64,000 nucleotides of DNA from Patescibacteria group bacterium (GTDB lineage: Bacteria > Patescibacteriota > Minisyncoccia > Phycocordibacterales > BOKC01): positions 253,925 to 317,924 of the forward strand of contig JBBTWE010000001.1 of NCBI GenBank assembly GCA_038062955.1, given 5' to 3'. Shown here piece by piece: positions 59,453-64,000 of the stretch. The translations under genes were made by a program, and so were the position numbers. Every line of letters starts with the position of its first letter. Position 1 is the first letter of the stretch. The notes beneath the pieces are model-generated. The model did not search any database and had not been told where the DNA came from. It saw only the letters and a list, made by a program, of their open reading frames with translations.

Positions 59453-60100
59453 CTACGTGACGGCGAGCGTTTGGATGAGCTTGTTCATCACAGTCTTCTT
59501 GAAACAGATGGGCCATTCCTGACCACCAAGAGCTTCCGCGACCTTTCTCACGGAAGTAATTCGTGCACGCTCTTCACTGAGTTCATCACGCAATCGAAAA
59601 CATTCATTACGCTCACGCTCGAGATCTCGACGACTCGCGACCAACTCTGCTTCGAGCTCATCGACGGGTCGGCTCTGCTGAGGTTGCTCCCAGCTTTCCG
59701 CCGGACGTACGGTGCCCGCACGAATTGCGTCGTGGAGTTTCCTCACTTCCCCGAGCTTCGTTCCCGTAGCCCTCAAGAAGTAATTCGAGGAGTTCACCTC
59801 CAGTCTGACAACAGCGTCTCCGAATTGCTCTTCATCACGATAGATCCCCGTCTCCCGCCGCGGCTGCAAAGGAAAGCAACCATGGAAAGATACGTCGGTC
59901 ACAAAGGGCAGGAGCGCTTCTGGGATCATGTCGTCCAGATAGCCCAGACAAAGATGGAGGCGTCCCTCTGTTCCCGAGAGGCCAGTACCTTTGAAGGTGG
60001 TCTGCTCCCAGTTCCGCACCGGCTTACCACCGGTCTTCTGTTCCACCTCGAATCCTTCCTCCTGCCGAATGGCTTCCTTCAGATACACGTTCACAGACAT
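59453..60100 (-). CDS. GC-rich hypothetical protein (215 aa, C-terminal coiled coil)
   Basis: Real-looking composition. The opposite-strand ORF 59399-60199 is R/L/S-rich antisense noise. Own terminator at 59371-59412. Confidence 0.45.
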   Translation of the reverse strand: MSVNVYLKEAIRQEEGFEVEQKTGGKPVRNWEQTTFKGTGLSGTEGRLHLCLGYLDDMIPEALLPFVTDVSFHGCFPLQPRRETGIYRDEEQFGDAVVRLEVNSSNYFLRATGTKLGEVRKLHDAIRAGTVRPAESWEQPQQSRPVDELEAELVASRRDLERERNECFRLRDELSEERARITSVRKVAEALGGQEWPICFKKTVMNKLIQTLAVT

Positions 60101-60345
60101 CGCAGACTCCTTGTTTTAGCTGCCAGGTTTACCGTAGGGTTGCTCACCCAGTCGGGCCTCGATCAGCGAACTGTTTTATCATCAGAGATGTTCCGATGAC
60201 TCTGTTACTATTGTATCATATGCCACGCAAAAGTCAAGGGCGATCCACAGGACTCTCCACATATTCCAAAATATCTATATTTCTAGGCGTTTAATAAAAT
60301 AAAAAAACCGGCGGCCGATCTGAATCAGCTGCCAGTTTTGACCCC

Positions 60346-60831
60346 CTACTTCACATCCTTGAGAAGCGACATCCCGTGATACCAATGGCGTCCAAAGAAT
60401 CTTGTGGGACCACTGATCCATTCTTCTCCACTAAAATCATCGAAACCACTTGATCGAGGTTGATTTTGATAAAACAGACCTCTACCTCGTGCAAGCATTG
60501 GACCACGGCCACCCAAAAACTGACGCTTCTTGTAGGCCTTTTGAAGGCATGTCTTGAGAAACGGGATCGCCTTCTCATCATACCAACCACCGTAGTGCAT
60601 CATCCAGACTGGTTGGTCTCGGTAGAAGATTATGGTCATCCCAGAACTCTTGTTGGAGTGCGAGTTCACCATAAAACAATCCACCATCTGGAATTCGCCA
60701 GAAATGAAAGTAAACTTTCTGGAACCAGGAAGCTCCGCTATGTCACCCTTTGGGCTTCCTGTGCCACACCAGCCCGCCAACATCCCATCGAAGAAGAATT
60801 CCTGAACTGACTCTAATGTAGATTGCTGCAT
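60346..60831 (-). CDS. GC-rich hypothetical protein (161 aa)
   Basis: Last gene of the island before tRNA-Glu. No recognised motif. Confidence 0.45.
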   Translation of the reverse strand: MQQSTLESVQEFFFDGMLAGWCGTGSPKGDIAELPGSRKFTFISGEFQMVDCFMVNSHSNKSSGMTIIFYRDQPVWMMHYGGWYDEKAIPFLKTCLQKAYKKRQFLGGRGPMLARGRGLFYQNQPRSSGFDDFSGEEWISGPTRFFGRHWYHGMSLLKDVK

Positions 60832-60914
60832 CTTTGCTTACCTCGTTGATTGGTTAGAGAACAAAGTTTTTCTAGAGTGAAGATAATATTAAATGGAGTT
60901 TGTGTCAACTTTGA

Positions 60915-60986
60915 TGACCCTACGCGGAATCGAACCGCGCTTCCAGCCTTGAGAAGGCTGTGTCCTAGCCGATAGACGATAGGGCC
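60915..60986 (-). tRNA. tRNA-Glu(CUC)
   Basis: 72 nt. Acceptor GGCCCTA/TAGGGTC, anticodon loop TTCTCAA, T-arm CGCGG-TTCGATT-CCGCG, discriminator A. Confidence 0.7.
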
Positions 60987-61033
60987 ATAATAAATAAAAC
61001 TTTTAAAAAAACATCATTGTGTTCTGGCCGATA

Positions 61034-61053
61034 CCTGCCTGCCGGCAGGCAGG
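61034..61053. repeat. 20-bp palindrome inserted into a duplicated tRNA-Glu 5' segment
   Basis: ctggccgata-[CCTGCCTGCCGGCAGGCAGG]-gacgatagggccgttata compared with ctagccgata-gacgatagggccataata in the tRNA. Confidence 0.75.
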
Positions 61054-61089
61054 GACGATAGGGCCGTTATACCTAACTTTTTTAATATA

Positions 61090-62415
61090 TCATCTACAAA
61101 GCCATTCGTCATCCTGACGTACTAAGAGATCTTTTTTGTGAGATTTGTCTGTCATTACTTCTTCCACCACCCTTTCTAACCTTATAGATTGAGAACCTTT
61201 CACTAACACAACATCCCCTTCTTTAAGCAAAGATGCCACCGCCTTGCCCGCAAGTCGACTTTCGGTAAATTGCATAATTTTCTCTGACGCAAAACCAGCT
61301 TGAACTGCCGCTTCAGCGATATATCTCGCCCTCACTCCAACAGTTATGAGTATACCTGCTATCTCTTTTACTTTCTGCCCAGCTTTCTTGTGTTCATCAA
61401 TGGAATATTCTCCAAGCTCCATCATATCTCCAAGCACCACAATTTTTTTACCAGAAATTTTTAAACTTTCCATAACATCCAAAGCCTCGAATAAAGCAAC
61501 CGGGGAAGAATTGTACGTATCATCGATAATCGTGGAATTTGATGCGCCATTCAAGACTCTCATCCTGCCAGGAGGCAACATATGAGAAAGCAGAGATTTC
61601 GACGCTTCAACTAAATTAATTTTCTCCGATATTGCAGAAACCATCGCGGCAAGGATTGCATAGGTCTGCTGTCTTCCCAATGTTCCATTGAGGTTGATTG
61701 GTAAACTATTAGAGCCAAAATTAACCTTGAAATTTATACCGATTGGGCGCGCAGTAGGATTATCTTCGTAGATTATTTTGTAATCTGAAGCCGACACGTC
61801 GGCTGACACATCAAATCCGTACGAGAATTTTTTATGATCTGGAAGAGATAAAATATGTTTTCTGATTTTCTCGTCGTCATAATTGAAAATTATCACACCG
61901 TCCTTCTTGATAGCAGCAAGTAGATTCATTTTCTCTTTAAATAATTCTTCTGGAGATTTAAAAAACTCAACATGCACCGGCACACTGCTCATTCTGGTAA
62001 AGACTGCGATATCGACAGGAAGCCATGTTGCGACTTTTTTTATATCGTTCGGTCTGTCGGCTCCAACTTCCAAAATCAGCCACTTTGGATAATGGTTTGG
62101 AAATAAAATCAAAGAGAGCCCTGTCCAAAAATTCTTAAGCCACAAAAGAGGATTACTCCAACCACTCGGACACCCCAAAATAGTTAGCGGAATGCCAGTC
62201 TCACTATTGAAACTTTTATCGCTTTTTCTAGTAGAAAAAACTTTCGAAAATACTGTGAAAATAGCATCTTTACTAGAGGTCTTGCCGACACTACCTGTTA
62301 CAGCAATAATCTTCGGTTTATACTTCCGAATTATAAGTTTGGCTTCAAAAGTTAAAATCAAAACCACTAATTTTTTAAATATAGATTTCATAGTTGCGTA
62401 GATATTTTCATTCAA
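61090..62415 (-). CDS. murF: UDP-N-acetylmuramoyl-tripeptide--D-alanyl-D-alanine ligase
   Basis: IIAVTGSVGKTSSKD (P-loop) and GDMMELGEYS near the C-terminus. Adjacent to a PBP gene. Confidence 0.7.
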   Translation of the reverse strand: MNENIYATMKSIFKKLVVLILTFEAKLIIRKYKPKIIAVTGSVGKTSSKDAIFTVFSKVFSTRKSDKSFNSETGIPLTILGCPSGWSNPLLWLKNFWTGLSLILFPNHYPKWLILEVGADRPNDIKKVATWLPVDIAVFTRMSSVPVHVEFFKSPEELFKEKMNLLAAIKKDGVIIFNYDDEKIRKHILSLPDHKKFSYGFDVSADVSASDYKIIYEDNPTARPIGINFKVNFGSNSLPINLNGTLGRQQTYAILAAMVSAISEKINLVEASKSLLSHMLPPGRMRVLNGASNSTIIDDTYNSSPVALFEALDVMESLKISGKKIVVLGDMMELGEYSIDEHKKAGQKVKEIAGILITVGVRARYIAEAAVQAGFASEKIMQFTESRLAGKAVASLLKEGDVVLVKGSQSIRLERVVEEVMTDKSHKKDLLVRQDDEWLCR

Positions 62416-62494
62416 TTTTAGATGATGTCCGGTCGTAAATTTTCTACAACTGCGTTATAGAAAATCTTACGACATGATTTTTGTAGTGCAAAAA

Positions 62495-64000
62495 TCATCG
62501 ATCTGGGGGAATAGCCTGATAACTTATCAAAAACTTGGTTAAATCCACAAATGTCGGGGTCAGAGATTCAGAGGAGTATTTTACTATTTTTGGATCATAA
62601 GTAAAAAGAAAAACTAAGAATTTCGCCTGAAATGCGGGAAAATAACCAAAAAAAGTATGAAGAAATCTATCTTCGTAATAACCACGCTCCTTATCTTTGG
62701 CAATCTGTGCTGTACCGGTCTTGGCGGCAATACTGTAATTTGGCATTTTAACACTACCGCCCAATAATGCCTCATCCACGACTTTTACAAGCATCCGAGT
62801 TATTTCTTCCGATGTTTCTTTTTTTATAACTCTTTTTTCTACGCCGTAAGAAACTGATTTTGAAAGTCCTGTTTTGTAATTTATTTTTTGCACCAAATGA
62901 GGATTGATGAGCATTCCACCATTGGCTAGGACGGACAAAGCGCGGACCATCGTAACCGGCGTGAGGGCGATTCCTTGTCCAAAGGATGCAGTTGCGTATT
63001 CCAAATCGCGATTGCTTTTCAAATTATCCACCAGATTCATGGCTTCGTTTGGCAAATCAATGCCCGTCACTTCTCCTAGACCAAAATCAAACATGTACTC
63101 CGCAAATTTTTCTTTTCCCATCTGGCTGACTACGTATGCCGCGCCTGTATTTAAAGAACTATTCAAAACCTCCTGCATACTGACGAGCCCACGAGCAACA
63201 CCGTCATAATTAGAAAATTGCTTATTATTCAAGGTAACAGTTCCTGTATCTAAATAAACACTGTCCGAAGTAACAGCGCCAGAATCAATCCCCGCCGCCA
63301 TAGTAATCGGTTTTACAATCGAACCCATTTCATAAACATTTTCCACCATTGGATTACTGAAGATTGTGGAGCTTTCCTCGTCATGAAAATTATTGGGATC
63401 AAATGAAGGGAAAACTCCCATCGCTTTTATTTCTCCGGTTGCAGGATCGATAATAATTCCGCCAGAATATTCAGAATTCCATTTTTGATTTAAAAGTTCG
63501 AGTTTTTCTTCAAGGAAAGACTGGATAACTGGCTCCAAAGTAGTAACAACATCACCTTCTTTTTTAGATTTTGACCCATCCGAAGATACTGATTCTTTTA
63601 CATTGGCAAAAACTTCAGCAAAAAAATTAACAAAGGCCGCACTATTATCTCTTTTTAAAACATCTTCATAATACCGCTCAATACCATATCTCCCCGCAAG
63701 TTCATCATCATCGTAAGCAACAATTCCTAAAACCCTAGCGGCAGTTTGCCCTGCTGGATAAAAACGCCATTTTTCTTGCTCAACATCCACACCCTTTAAA
63801 TTAAGTTTTCTTATTTCTTCAGCATTTTCAATATCAACTCTTTCGGCAACCTTCTGATAAGTGCCTCCTTTTTTCATCTTTGACACAAAAAACTCCTCGT
63901 CTATTTTGACGAAGTTGGAAAGCTCTTTATAAACATATTCATAATTGGAGATAACGGAAGGATTTATAGAAATGGAAAACCCTATCTTTTGAATTGCCGC
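62495..64000 (-). CDS. penicillin-binding protein transpeptidase (FtsI/PBP2-like); N-terminus beyond the window
   Basis: Active-site region GSIVKPIT (SxxK), plus SxN- and KTG-like motifs (KTGTAQ). Frame stays open to the window edge. Confidence 0.75.
   Translation of the reverse strand, partial: AAIQKIGFSISINPSVISNYEYVYKELSNFVKIDEEFFVSKMKKGGTYQKVAERVDIENAEEIRKLNLKGVDVEQEKWRFYPAGQTAARVLGIVAYDDDELAGRYGIERYYEDVLKRDNSAAFVNFFAEVFANVKESVSSDGSKSKKEGDVVTTLEPVIQSFLEEKLELLNQKWNSEYSGGIIIDPATGEIKAMGVFPSFDPNNFHDEESSTIFSNPMVENVYEMGSIVKPITMAAGIDSGAVTSDSVYLDTGTVTLNNKQFSNYDGVARGLVSMQEVLNSSLNTGAAYVVSQMGKEKFAEYMFDFGLGEVTGIDLPNEAMNLVDNLKSNRDLEYATASFGQGIALTPVTMVRALSVLANGGMLINPHLVQKINYKTGLSKSVSYGVEKRVIKKETSEEITRMLVKVVDEALLGGSVKMPNYSIAAKTGTAQIAKDKERGYYEDRFLHTFFGYFPAFQAKFLVFLFTYDPKIVKYSSESLTPTFVDLTKFLISYQAIPPDR

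Noticed and set aside
59399-60199. 266-aa plus-strand ORF in the GC-rich island
   Set aside because: It lies antisense to the better 59453-60100 minus-strand ORF and has an Arg/Leu/Ser-rich composition typical of a shadow frame in GC-rich DNA.
1-64000. CRISPR arrays, rRNA genes, integrase/transposase genes
   Set aside because: No regularly spaced direct repeats with unique spacers. No rRNA-like conserved stretches. No ORF with integrase or transposase motifs (no R..H..R..Y tyrosine recombinase box, no DDE transposase). The repeat families above are short, non-coding elements.

Overview
This is an AT-rich window (roughly mid-30s % GC), gene-dense, with about 60 protein-coding genes, most of them on the minus strand. 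Native genes almost never have a Shine-Dalgarno sequence and several start with TTG. The gene content is a mix of reduced-genome housekeeping functions (typA, DEAD-box helicase, serS, dnaX, dprA, rplU, dus, murF, a PBP, nadD, rmuC) and a glycogen/alpha-glucan cluster (glgA, GH57, GT4, GH13). Together these fit a small-genome, CPR/Patescibacteria-like bacterium. I can support two tRNAs (Glu-CUC and Gln-UUG, both minus strand). I found no rRNA and no CRISPR array.

Three things stand out.

1. A conserved ~160-nt leader element occurs three times. Each copy supplies the start codon of a gene for an exported metalloprotein: a copper-operon protein, a blue-copper cupredoxin, and a pair of zinc carboxypeptidases. 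Each copy also carries a short conserved upstream ORF (MNPVVEFQV...) and four copies of a CCCGTAGT/ACTACGGG segment that can pair in mutually exclusive ways. This looks like an undescribed attenuator-like regulatory RNA.

2. At least eight GC-rich cassettes (~50-55 % GC) are scattered through the AT-rich background. Each has its own near-consensus sigma70 promoter, an AGGAG ribosome-binding site and a GC-rich hairpin terminator. The largest, at 57.66-60.84 kb, abuts tRNA-Glu and contains a tandemly duplicated pair of paralogous genes, each preceded by a ~90-bp palindromic element. Two cassettes encode only small hydrophobic peptides.

3. The window contains an unusual number of short repeat families. 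These are MITE-like elements, a perfect 20-bp palindrome CCTGCCTGCCGGCAGGCAGG, a 111-bp inverted duplicate pair 29 kb apart that carries the typA promoter and start, and an AGATTTAAGATTT motif that follows stop codons.

Separately, there is a tandem array of four secreted paralogs that share a signal peptide and use TTG starts.
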